Assembly (NCBI GenBank): GCA_015520605.1
Contig: WAPT01000001.1
Location: 14,721-78,720 of the forward strand
Reading direction: 5' to 3'
DNA length: 64,000 bases
Source: Nanobdellati archaeon
Lineage (GTDB): Archaea; EX4484-52; WAPT01
This document shows, in pieces, positions 50,680 through 58,992 of the stretch; positions within the stretch are counted from its first letter, which is position 1, and each line of letters begins with the position of its first letter. The notes beneath the pieces are model-generated. The model made no database searches and was not told where the DNA came from. It saw only the letters and a list, made by a program, of their open reading frames with translations. Made by a program: the position numbers and the translations under genes.

Positions 50680-51120
50680 ATGGTCATATTTACTGCCAGA
50701 ATCACTATAGGAAGGGAGAAAATAGTTATGGATTCCCTTGAAGCGAAAGTTAAGGCTAACAAGCTGGGGATAAAGGCGATACTCGCGCCTGCGGAACTCA
50801 AGGGGTACATATTCATCGAGGGAAATAACATCGATGAGGTAAGAAAGCTCGTCACGGGCGTACCTCACGTTAGAGGACTCATAGAAAAGGAGGTCAAAAT
50901 AGAAGATATCGAGAACTTCCTTGAAGCCAAAGCCCCCGAAATAAAGATAAAGGAGGGGGACATAGTCGAGATAATTGGTGGTCCGTTCAAGAGGGAGAAA
51001 GCCAAGGTAATAAAGGTTGATGAGGAAAAAAGAGAGGCGAAGATAGAACTTATAGATTCCGCAGTGCCAATCCCCATAACCATAAAGGCTGATCTGCTTA
51101 AGGTCATAAAGGAAGAGTGA
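50680..51120 (+). CDS. spt5: Transcription elongation factor Spt5
   Basis: LKGYIFIE; [15 protein letters not shown]. Confidence 0.95.
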   Translation: MVIFTARITIGREKIVMDSLEAKVKANKLGIKAILAPAELKGYIFIEGNNIDEVRKLVTGVPHVRGLIEKEVKIEDIENFLEAKAPEIKIKEGDIVEIIGGPFKREKAKVIKVDEEKREAKIELIDSAVPIPITIKADLLKVIKEE

Positions 51121-51125
51121 GAGTT

Positions 51126-51608
51126 ATGCCAGAGAAAATCGTTGAAGCACTGGTGGAAGGAGGAAAAGCAACACCAGCTCCACCTCTCGGCCCGGCTTTG
51201 GGCCAGCTGAAGGTAAACATAAAGGAAGTCATAGATGAGATAAATCGCAAAACCAAGGACTTTGCAGGAATGAAAGTTCCCGTCAAGATCATAGTTGATA
51301 CCGATACAAAGGAGTTCAGAGTGGAAGTGGGATCACCTCCAGTCTCTCAGCTCATAAAAAAAGAGCTCGGTGTTGAGAAACTAGCTAAGGAGCCGGGTAA
51401 GGAGTGGGCAGGAAACCTATCCATGGAACAGGTTGTCAAGATAGCGAGGATGAAGAGGGATAGCATGCTTGCTAAGACGCTTAAGGGAGCTGTGAAGTGC
51501 ATAGTCGGATCATGTATCTCATGCGGAGTTACGGTTGAGGGCAAACATCCAAAGGAAGTGCTGAAGGAGATAGATGAGGGTAGATATGATCACCTCCTGA
51601 AGGAGTGA
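51126..51608 (+). CDS. rpl11: 50S ribosomal protein uL11
   Basis: [22 protein letters not shown]. Confidence 0.97.
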   Translation: MPEKIVEALVEGGKATPAPPLGPALGQLKVNIKEVIDEINRKTKDFAGMKVPVKIIVDTDTKEFRVEVGSPPVSQLIKKELGVEKLAKEPGKEWAGNLSMEQVVKIARMKRDSMLAKTLKGAVKCIVGSCISCGVTVEGKHPKEVLKEIDEGRYDHLLKE

Positions 51609-52246
51609 TGCCAATGAATATTGACGAAGCTCTGAAAAAAATGAGAGAGAACAGCAAGAAGAGGAAATTCGTGCAGACGGTGGACCTTATAATAAATTTA
51701 AGAGATGTTGATGTCAAAAACCCCTCTAACAGGTTCGTACTGGAGATTCCTCTACCAGCAGGCAGAGGTAAAAACGTGAGAGTCTGTGTTATTGGGAAGA
51801 GTTTGGCTGAGGTTGCCAAGGAGCTTGCGGATGAAGTTGTAGATGAGAAAACGCTGGAGAAAATAGAGGAGGACAAGAAGGCTATAAAGAAACTCGTCAA
51901 AAGAAACGATTTTTTCCTTACTGAACCGCAACTGATGGCAAGGATAGGTAAGTCTATGGGTAGGTTCATGGGTCCACGTAACAAGATGCCAAAACCCGTT
52001 CCACCTCAAGCAGATATAAAGTCCATAATTGAGAAGCTGAAGAGAAGCATAAGAGTTGTACTTAAAGATAGCCCGCTTATCCAGTGTCCGATAGGAACTG
52101 AAGACATGAGCGATGAGGACCTCAAAAAGAACTTCGAAGCTGTGATTAATGCTGTTATTCAGAAGTTGCCAGCTGGAAAACAAAATATAAAGAGCATATA
52201 TATCAAGACCACGATGGGATCTCCAGTTAAAGTGGATGAGCTTTAA
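51608..52246 (+). CDS. rpl1: 50S ribosomal protein uL1
   Basis: RKFVQTVDL, GPRNKMP, KTTMG. Confidence 0.97.
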   Translation: MPMNIDEALKKMRENSKKRKFVQTVDLIINLRDVDVKNPSNRFVLEIPLPAGRGKNVRVCVIGKSLAEVAKELADEVVDEKTLEKIEEDKKAIKKLVKRNDFFLTEPQLMARIGKSMGRFMGPRNKMPKPVPPQADIKSIIEKLKRSIRVVLKDSPLIQCPIGTEDMSDEDLKKNFEAVINAVIQKLPAGKQNIKSIYIKTTMGSPVKVDEL

Positions 52247-52258
52247 GGTCGTTGCCCT

Positions 52259-53113
52259 ATGGTAAAGGAAGAAAAAATAAGGAGGGTCAAGGAACTTGCT
52301 GACCTCATAAAGAAGTACGGGGTTGTGGGGATCATAGATATTTACGGTTTGCCGTCAGATCCATTCCAGCAGATAAGGAAAGAACTGAGAGGGAAAGCTA
52401 TAATAAGGGTTGAGAAAAAAAGCATACTTGAGCGTGCAATCAGAGAAGCCAATAAGTCCAATCTCAAAAAGCTCCTCGAGCTGGATGTTAAAATGCCAGC
52501 AATACTTCTCACCGATGATAATCCTTTCCGTCTGTTTAAATTGCTCAAGAAGAAGAGAACCCCGACTTTCGCAAAGTCAGGAGAAAGGGCTGAGAGAGAG
52601 GTTGTCGTTCCTGCAGGTCCAACGGGACTCCCACCGGGGCCCATAATCAGCGATCTCAAATCAGTTGGTATAAAAGCCTCAATTCAAGGGCAAGATATAG
52701 TTGTACAAGAGGATTGTAAGCTACTCGACCCCGGAGACGTTATAGACGAAAAGGTTGCAAACGTGCTCATGAAGCTCGGAATAAAGGCATCGTCCATAGG
52801 GCTTAAGCTTGTAGGAGCGTGGGAGAATGGGGTTGTGTACACACATGACGTGCTTGATGTCAGCGCTGAAGAGTATGAGAATGAGATTATCGAGGCTGTG
52901 CAGCAGTCCTTCAACCTTGCTTACAACATAGACTATCCAGCAAGAGAGGTCGTTGAGATTAAGCTTGTTAAGGCTACACAGCACGCGCTCAACCTTGCTT
53001 ACAACGCCGTGATATACGAAAAGGAAGTCATCGAAATGCTCCTTCAGAAGGCGCAGTTTGAAGCCATGGCTTTAAATGAAGCGGTTGAAGATAAAAAAAT
53101 GATAAGGGGGTAG
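52259..53113 (+). CDS. rpl10: 50S ribosomal protein uL10 (P0)
   Basis: QQIRKELRG, NPFRL, PAGPTGLPPGP, stalk-binding helices. Confidence 0.96.
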   Translation: MVKEEKIRRVKELADLIKKYGVVGIIDIYGLPSDPFQQIRKELRGKAIIRVEKKSILERAIREANKSNLKKLLELDVKMPAILLTDDNPFRLFKLLKKKRTPTFAKSGERAEREVVVPAGPTGLPPGPIISDLKSVGIKASIQGQDIVVQEDCKLLDPGDVIDEKVANVLMKLGIKASSIGLKLVGAWENGVVYTHDVLDVSAEEYENEIIEAVQQSFNLAYNIDYPAREVVEIKLVKATQHALNLAYNAVIYEKEVIEMLLQKAQFEAMALNEAVEDKKMIRG

Positions 53114-53119
53114 TTAAAG

Positions 53120-53452
53120 ATGGAGTACATATACGCGGCTCTACTCCTGCACAAAGCAGGGAAGGAGATAAACGAAGATAATATAAAGAAAATTGTGAAG
53201 GCTGCAGGGATACAGCCAGATGAGGCAAAGATAAAAGCGCTCGTGGCAGCGTTGGAGGAAGTGAACATTGAGGAAGCGATAAGCAAAGCGCCGACCATCG
53301 CTGTGGGAGCTCCTGTTGCCGCTGCTCCGGCTGGCGAGGCAGCAGCAGCCGGCGGTGAGGCCCCAGCAAAGGAAGAGGAAAAAAAGGAAGATGAGGGCAA
53401 GAAGGAGGAGGAGGCTGCAGCAGGTCTTGGTGCGCTGTTCGGAGGATTTTAA
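53120..53452 (+). CDS. rpl12: 50S ribosomal stalk protein P1/L12
   Basis: [11 protein letters not shown]...[10 protein letters not shown]. Confidence 0.98.
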   Translation: MEYIYAALLLHKAGKEINEDNIKKIVKAAGIQPDEAKIKALVAALEEVNIEEAISKAPTIAVGAPVAAAPAGEAAAAGGEAPAKEEEKKEDEGKKEEEAAAGLGALFGGF

Positions 53453-53468
53453 AGGAGAACAGCAACCC

Positions 53469-53490
53469 TTTTTTATTTTTTAAATTTTTT
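53469..53490 (+). terminator. Oligo-T terminator after rpl12
   Basis: Three consecutive T-tracts in an AT-rich gap between convergent genes. Confidence 0.6.
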
Positions 53491-53534
53491 AATATATTTA
53501 TTAAATTTAATATTTATTAGCTCTATTTAGTTTT

Positions 53535-54083
53535 TCATTTGTTGGATGCGTTTTTTATTGTTTCTTCAGTTGAATTCCCAATTATCTCATTTAAAACACA
53601 CATAGTTGGTTTTGGGTTAACTATACTACACAGGTAGTTTTCAATAACGGTAATGTTGGATGCGTTTTTTATTGTTTCTAAGGGAGTATAAAGATTTAGG
53701 ACTATGTTGGAGACGTTGCCCCCATAGGTGGAAAGATATAGGATGGGGTAGAATATCCTAATAAGCTGCACGGACTGATTATATATGGACATGCATTCTT
53801 CGCTGCAATTCTTTGGCACGATGACTTCAAGCACAGCTTTGCCATTCGAAAGAATGTAATTGATCTCCTCAGCTGAAAGTGGTCTGTTTATCTCTAAGTT
53901 TGATGGAAGTTTTTGTTTTTTTGAGTGTGCAAACATACCACCGCTATAAGCCGCGGCGAAAACCGAAAATGTCAGCATGAATGCAATGAGTAGGGAAAAA
54001 TACAAATCCTTCCTTTCGTTCTTATCCACCTCCCTCCTCCCTCTCTTCCTTTTTGTGGGTCTTGGTTTGGCCATAATGCTCAA
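53535..54083 (-). CDS. Membrane-anchored hypothetical protein
   Basis: Basic N-terminus, single TM, Asn-rich extracellular part with Cys pairs. Confidence 0.7.
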   Translation of the reverse strand: MSIMAKPRPTKRKRGRREVDKNERKDLYFSLLIAFMLTFSVFAAAYSGGMFAHSKKQKLPSNLEINRPLSAEEINYILSNGKAVLEVIVPKNCSEECMSIYNQSVQLIRIFYPILYLSTYGGNVSNIVLNLYTPLETIKNASNITVIENYLCSIVNPKPTMCVLNEIIGNSTEETIKNASNK

Positions 54084-54925
54084 CCCTTCAACAGTTGAGA
54101 GATCGCCAACACCCGTTTTCTATAATTTTTTATTGCGGACTCTTTAAGGCCTGCTCTCTTCAAGGTATCATCGTCAGCCTTCATAAAGTCAACAACGTTC
54201 CATATCCCGAGAGGAATAAGCGCTCTCCTATCTCTCAAAGGCATGCTGATTACTGTGAGTGGATATGCTTTCATCTCATTTACCCAGTCCGCAAAACTAT
54301 GTCCTTCGGGAAATCTCCAACTCAGAAGTTTGATGCCTCTGCACTTCGCGTATCTAATAGCGTGATCCGAAAATTTTGTGTTTGTCGTCACCCAGGCTTC
54401 AGATGGATTTATGGCGTTTTTCTTCCCTAGATCCCATCCTTCTCTCAGGTCTATTAATCTAGCATGTTGTCGCATCACCACATCAAGCCCCGTAAATGTT
54501 CTCTCCCTGTAGTGATGCTTGCACTCCACAATGATGATTTTATCATTTTTTTCGGCCAGAACATCTATTTCGTGTTCCACACACTTTCCCTCAGGTTTTG
54601 GTTCCGGGCTTCTCTTAACCCTGTAGCCGCGCAACCTGAAAAGAGAAGCCACATAACATTCAAATTCGTGAATATCGGGGTTAAGAGAAGCAATCGCATC
54701 CTTTAGCGTGTAAATCCTCGCAAGATGAGGGTCGTGTTTCTTGAGTTCTTCCTTGACCATCCTCAAAATTTCCTTTGTAGTTATCCCGTCATAAGCTCTC
54801 CTTTCGATCCCTCTTGCTATCTCTTCCGCCAGGGATTCTGGAGCCCCTGCTTTTATGGCGGTAGAGATTATTTTGTCCTCTCGGAACTCCTCGCGTTCAC
54901 CGTTCATTTTAACTACGTAAACCAT
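54080..54925 (-). CDS. ATP-cone plus Mrr-like PD-(D/E)xK restriction endonuclease domain protein
   Basis: VVKMNGEREEF ATP cone; FECYVASLF...EIDVLAEK...VECKHH; TNTKFS. Confidence 0.85.
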   Translation of the reverse strand: MVYVVKMNGEREEFREDKIISTAIKAGAPESLAEEIARGIERRAYDGITTKEILRMVKEELKKHDPHLARIYTLKDAIASLNPDIHEFECYVASLFRLRGYRVKRSPEPKPEGKCVEHEIDVLAEKNDKIIIVECKHHYRERTFTGLDVVMRQHARLIDLREGWDLGKKNAINPSEAWVTTNTKFSDHAIRYAKCRGIKLLSWRFPEGHSFADWVNEMKAYPLTVISMPLRDRRALIPLGIWNVVDFMKADDDTLKRAGLKESAIKNYRKRVLAISQLLKG

Positions 54926-54964
54926 AAAAATTTCTCGGGGAAGGAAAAGATATATATATTTGGT

Positions 54965-55036
54965 AGCCCCGTGGTGTAGTGGTAAGCATGGCGGGCTTTG
55001 GACCCGCTGACCCAGGTTCGAATCCTGGCGGGGCTA
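54965..55036 (+). tRNA. tRNA-Gln(TTG), CCA not encoded
   Basis: Acceptor AGCCCCG/CGGGGCT (A1-U72, typical of archaeal tRNA-Gln), anticodon arm GCGGG-CTTTGGA-CCCGC. Confidence 0.95.
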
Positions 55037-55072
55037 TTATATTTAAATAATTTAAAAAGGTGAAATTTAGAT

Positions 55073-55204
55073 ATGGGTGATGAGGACGATAAAGACTCGC
55101 ATCAAAAGGGTCTTAAAAGGGACGATTATATTGAGATTGCGGTGGTTCTCTTCCTCACATTGGTTCTGCTTGTGATCGTGGCAGGATACTACAATCTGAC
55201 TTGA
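55073..55204 (+). CDS. 43-aa single-pass membrane microprotein
   Basis: Not in the ORF track. AGGTGA RBS; MGDEDDKDSHQKGLKRDDYIEIAVVLFLTLVLLVIVAGYYNLT. Confidence 0.6.
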   Translation: MGDEDDKDSHQKGLKRDDYIEIAVVLFLTLVLLVIVAGYYNLT

Positions 55205-55254
55205 GGCAACATAAAGCAGAAAGTATTTAATTTAGAGCTTGTATATAGACCACA

Positions 55255-55587
55255 ATGTTGTTTGGGTTTTTATTTATTTTGATAGTGGTGTTGTGGATCG
55301 TGGATGCTGTAGAGACACTTATCGTGGTGCGTAGATTGGGATGCGGGGCTGAACTAAACCCATTCGCGCGATTTTTGCTGAAACACAACAAGGAGGATTT
55401 CATTCTATTTAAGCTAATTGATCTTGTGGTGGTGCTTACAATACTTTACTTCCTGTGCATTGAATCCGAAGAAATGGCGATGAGTCTTCTTGTAAGTTTT
55501 TTTGCAGTTTATTTATTTGTGGTAGTACATAATTTTAAGGTCATAAAAACTTTAAAAAACAAAAAAGATTATACAAAATATAAATAA
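55255..55587 (+). CDS. Small membrane protein (DUF5658-like)
   Basis: D..ET...G.AELNP...FK...VVVHN pattern, 3 TM. Confidence 0.65.
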   Translation: MLFGFLFILIVVLWIVDAVETLIVVRRLGCGAELNPFARFLLKHNKEDFILFKLIDLVVVLTILYFLCIESEEMAMSLLVSFFAVYLFVVVHNFKVIKTLKNKKDYTKYK

Positions 55588-55685
55588 TAAAATATAATTA
55601 AAAAACATGAAAACATATAAAAATGTCCATACACCTAAATATGAAATAAACTGACAGAAAACCATCAGCAAATTGGTGGTGAAAA

Positions 55686-55976
55686 ATGGACGAAGTCTCT
55701 CTCACAAACATTTTACTTCATGAGAAGCCGGTAAAGATGCTACTTGGTATCAGGAACAATGGCGGAGCGTCATACACAACGAAGATAGCCAAGTATGCGG
55801 ATTGTACATACTCTCACACAATGAAAATAATCGATATTTTTGAAAACAAGGGGCTTGTGGAGTCTGAAAAGAAAGGAAGAACCCGCTACATAAAATTGAC
55901 TAAAGTCGGGGAAGAGATCGCGAATCTCCTTGATGAACTCATGAGACTTTTTAAGAAAGTCGATGGAATAAAATAG
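55686..55976 (+). CDS. Winged helix-turn-helix regulator
   Basis: DCTYSHT...GLVESEKKGR...LTKVG. Confidence 0.85.
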   Translation: MDEVSLTNILLHEKPVKMLLGIRNNGGASYTTKIAKYADCTYSHTMKIIDIFENKGLVESEKKGRTRYIKLTKVGEEIANLLDELMRLFKKVDGIK

Positions 55977-55987
55977 TTTAGTGTTTT

Positions 55988-56833
55988 TCAATCCATTTCA
56001 TCAAGAGGGCTTTTTATTTTCATAAGCTCTTTAGCAGATACCTTGGTGTAGATCTGAGTTGTGTTTAGATTGGCATGCCCGAGCAGTTCCTGAATCTTTC
56101 TTATATCGACGCCCGCCTCCAGAAGGTGTGTGGCAAAACTGTGTCTCAGAACGTGTGGGGTTACATTTTTTGTTATTCCCGCCACAGCTGAAAGGTTCGA
56201 TATGATTTTCTGTGCAGCTCTGGGTGTCATCGGTCTGTTTCTGTCTTTTCCGGTAAAAATGTAATCCTCTGAGCTTTTATTTTCCATGGTTATCAAAGTT
56301 TGGAGATCCTCCGCAACTCTTTTTGATATGATAAATATTCTATCCTTTTTTCCCTTACCACCTCTCACAACCCCAACAAAATTGTTAAAATCTATATCCT
56401 TGACTTTTAAGTTGAGACACTCACTTATTCTTAAGCCAGAGGAGTAAAGAAGTTCAACCAGCGCCTTATGTTTTATGTTCTCCGCAGCATCTATCAGCGC
56501 TCTCACTTCCTCTTTGGTGAGAACGGTGGGCAGCTTCTTTTCCTGTTTTGGTGGTTTGAATCTCACAACATCCTCCTTCTTCATAACTTCGGAGAAAAAG
56601 AAGCGCAATGCGGCCATTATGCATGCTATGGTTCTTGTGCTCAACCCCTCCTCGATCATTTTTTGAGATATGTAGTCCTTAACGTCTTCCTCCGTGATCT
56701 TTGCTGGATTCTTTCCAACTTTCTTCAAAAAGTTTTTTACGTGCATCAAGTAGCTTTTGATCGTATTTTCTGTGAAGCCACGTAACCTCAACTCGGATTC
56801 CATTCTTGCGAGATATTTTGATTGAGTTCGCAT
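55988..56833 (-). CDS. xerA: XerA-like site-specific tyrosine recombinase
   Basis: N-terminal SAM-like domain; SGLRISE, GKGKKDR, HVLRHSFATHLLE, LLGHA..TTQIY (R-K-H-R-H-Y). Confidence 0.88.
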   Translation of the reverse strand: MRTQSKYLARMESELRLRGFTENTIKSYLMHVKNFLKKVGKNPAKITEEDVKDYISQKMIEEGLSTRTIACIMAALRFFFSEVMKKEDVVRFKPPKQEKKLPTVLTKEEVRALIDAAENIKHKALVELLYSSGLRISECLNLKVKDIDFNNFVGVVRGGKGKKDRIFIISKRVAEDLQTLITMENKSSEDYIFTGKDRNRPMTPRAAQKIISNLSAVAGITKNVTPHVLRHSFATHLLEAGVDIRKIQELLGHANLNTTQIYTKVSAKELMKIKSPLDEMD

Positions 56834-56835
56834 AA
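56825..56835 (-). promoter_or_regulatory. dif-arm half-site overlapping the xerA start codon
   Basis: Minus-strand TTATGCGAACT, identical to 63782-63792. Confidence 0.6.
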
Positions 56836-56925
56836 ACTATCGTATTGTTTTTTAACAAAATAAAAATGTTCATCAAACATGTTCGAGTAAGGGAAATCTT
56901 TAAATAGGGCTTCGGGTCAAAACAT

Positions 56926-57195
56926 GTGTTTATGAAGCTACCTCCAATAGAAGAGTTGGATTACTTCACGAGAAGGACGCTGGTAAACGACAATGGAGAA
57001 AAAACAGGAATGGTTATAATCTATCGTAGAAAAGGTGAGGAAAAATTCCACTATTTTCTACTTTGTCCTTACTGTGGTAAGGAACAAAAAGGGGAAGCTG
57101 TCTTCAAGAGAAGGCCATACAGAATAGAGTGTAAGGAGTGTGGTAAGAAAATTATTGTCGAACGATTGTACAAAAAGAACAAAAAGAAAAAGTGA
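56926..57195 (+). CDS. Zn-ribbon protein
   Basis: CPYCG...CKECG; divergent from xerA. Confidence 0.7.
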   Translation: MFMKLPPIEELDYFTRRTLVNDNGEKTGMVIIYRRKGEEKFHYFLLCPYCGKEQKGEAVFKRRPYRIECKECGKKIIVERLYKKNKKKK

Positions 57196-57538
57196 TTGAA
57201 GGTTAAAATATTAACGTATGGGGGGATGGGGAAGTCTGCTGCCTATGTTTTACACTCCAACAGTACATACAGGAAAATCAAGGACACCTTTTTTCATGGT
57301 GGCATTCCTTATATAGATTGCTGCGAACATGATAGTTTACATAAAGGCTGGGGAACACGATTAATAAGTTCGTGATGAAATCTTTCATAACCTGCTTCAC
57401 GACTTTTCTTCTGCTTCGGTATGTGATGTTCAAACTTGCTCACGCTCTTGCGGTGGTGGGATCTGGCACAAGAAATGAAAAATTTTAAAGGTTTGGCATA
57501 TTGTTTTATTATATCAGGAAGGAAAGGGCTTCTGTGGT

Positions 57539-57642
57539 GCCCGGGTAGCTCAGTTGGTAGAGCGCGAGTCTTGTAGCGTGAATCTCGTAGCCACGTGCTG
57601 GAGAACTCGTGGTCGTGGGTTCGAGTCCCACCCCGGGCTCCA
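57539..57642 (+). tRNA. tRNA-Thr(TGT) with a 28-nt intron at position 37/38 (57576-57603), CCA encoded
   Basis: Acceptor GCCCGGG/CCCGGGC-T-CCA; CGAGT-CTTGTA[intron]A-ACTCG; T-arm GTGGG-TTCGAGT-CCCAC. Confidence 0.9.
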
Positions 57643-57845
57643 CTTATTTTTCAAAAAATAAAGTCATTTTAAAAACAACAAAATTATTGCATGTTCTGTT
57701 CTCTTTTTTAAAAATTTTCAGAATCTCGTGTAAAACTTCTAACGAATCTCGTTAAAGTCTCAGCACCATTGTTTTCTACAGAATTGATTTATAAATTTAA
57801 CCAAAATCAATATAATATATTAAAGATGATTAAAGTACTCGTTAT

Positions 57846-58217
57846 ATGGTTGAAAACATGATAAGTAATTCGATACTCGGCGGCGTGACTTTGGTTGCTA
57901 TCGCCATTTCGGTCGCACTTATTTATATTTCTCTTGAAGCATACAGAACTTTCAAACTTAAAATATTCAAACAAGCGTTTGCTGTGTTTGTGTTTGCTTC
58001 CTATATTCTGCTGGTTGGAAGCATGATAACCTATTTTGGAGTCGAGGTCTGGTCCGAATACGGGACTTTCAAGGTGTTTATGGTACTTTTTATTATATTT
58101 GGAATCCTTTTTACTACGGGAATAATAAAAATGATAGAAGCTGCACAGATGCTTGGAATAGGAAAAATGCCATCCCGTTCTGAATTGAAAAAATTAAAAA
58201 AGAAAAAATCTAATTGA
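57846..58217 (+). CDS. Multi-pass membrane protein coupled to the KaiC-like ATPase
   Basis: Three hydrophobic segments and a basic tail. Confidence 0.7.
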   Translation: MVENMISNSILGGVTLVAIAISVALIYISLEAYRTFKLKIFKQAFAVFVFASYILLVGSMITYFGVEVWSEYGTFKVFMVLFIIFGILFTTGIIKMIEAAQMLGIGKMPSRSELKKLKKKKSN

Positions 58218-58231
58218 TATGTGTGGTCGAT

Positions 58232-58918
58232 ATGAGCAAGGTTCCCATTGAAAGGGTTCCCTCTGGGATTCCTGGATTGGATGAATTGGTGGAGGGTGGT
58301 TTTCCCAAAAGCAGTGCGATCCTAGTGGCTGGAGGTACAGGTACTGGTAAAACTACTTTTCTGAGTCAGTTCATATGGGAAGGTCTTAAGAGGGGGGAAA
58401 ACTGTCTTTTCGTAACACTTGAAGAAACTCCTGAAGAGATAAAAGGTGATGCTGCTGTTTTTGGGTGGGACTTCGAAACCTACGAGCAAAACGGACAGCT
58501 TCGCATAGAGTACTTTGATCCATTCGAGCTCGGGGATCTGGCGAACAGACTTGCAGACATGATAAAAATGAATAATTATGCGAGGGTGGCGATAGACTCC
58601 ACAGCACTTTTCGGTCTTTACGTTAATGATCTCTACAAAATAAGAAAAATCCTGTATAAACTCATAGAAAGCGTTAAATCCACCGGTGCGACCATTCTTC
58701 TCTCAACCGAAATTCCCGAAAACTCCAACCAACTCAGTAGATTTGGTGTGGAGGAATTCGTTTGCGATGGTGTCGTAGTTCTTTATTACCTTGGGATAGG
58801 GGAGGGTGTGTTCAGGAACATAGAAGTAAGAAAAATGAGAAGAACAAACCACAAAAACGGTACATTCCCCATGGAAATAACCGATGACGGCATTATTGTT
58901 AGATCCACATCCTTGTAG
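58232..58918 (+). CDS. Single-domain KaiC/RAD55-like ATPase
   Basis: SGIPGLDEL..GG, GGTGTGKT, TLEE, AIDS, VRKMR.T.H. Confidence 0.92.
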   Translation: MSKVPIERVPSGIPGLDELVEGGFPKSSAILVAGGTGTGKTTFLSQFIWEGLKRGENCLFVTLEETPEEIKGDAAVFGWDFETYEQNGQLRIEYFDPFELGDLANRLADMIKMNNYARVAIDSTALFGLYVNDLYKIRKILYKLIESVKSTGATILLSTEIPENSNQLSRFGVEEFVCDGVVVLYYLGIGEGVFRNIEVRKMRRTNHKNGTFPMEITDDGIIVRSTSL

Positions 58919-58992
58919 TGCATTCGCATATTCTGAAATTTATTTAAACGTTCCTTACCAGAGCTCCATCATTATCGGCGAGGTGATAAAAG

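Noticed and set aside
52911-53005. 17-bp repeat TCAACCTTGCTTACAAC in rpl10
   Set aside because: Encodes the expected repeated stalk-binding helices (NLAYN)
54965-57642. Integrated element between tRNA-Gln and tRNA-Thr carrying the recombinase
   Set aside because: No duplicated tRNA 3' end seen, no replication or viral genes, and the enzyme looks like housekeeping XerA
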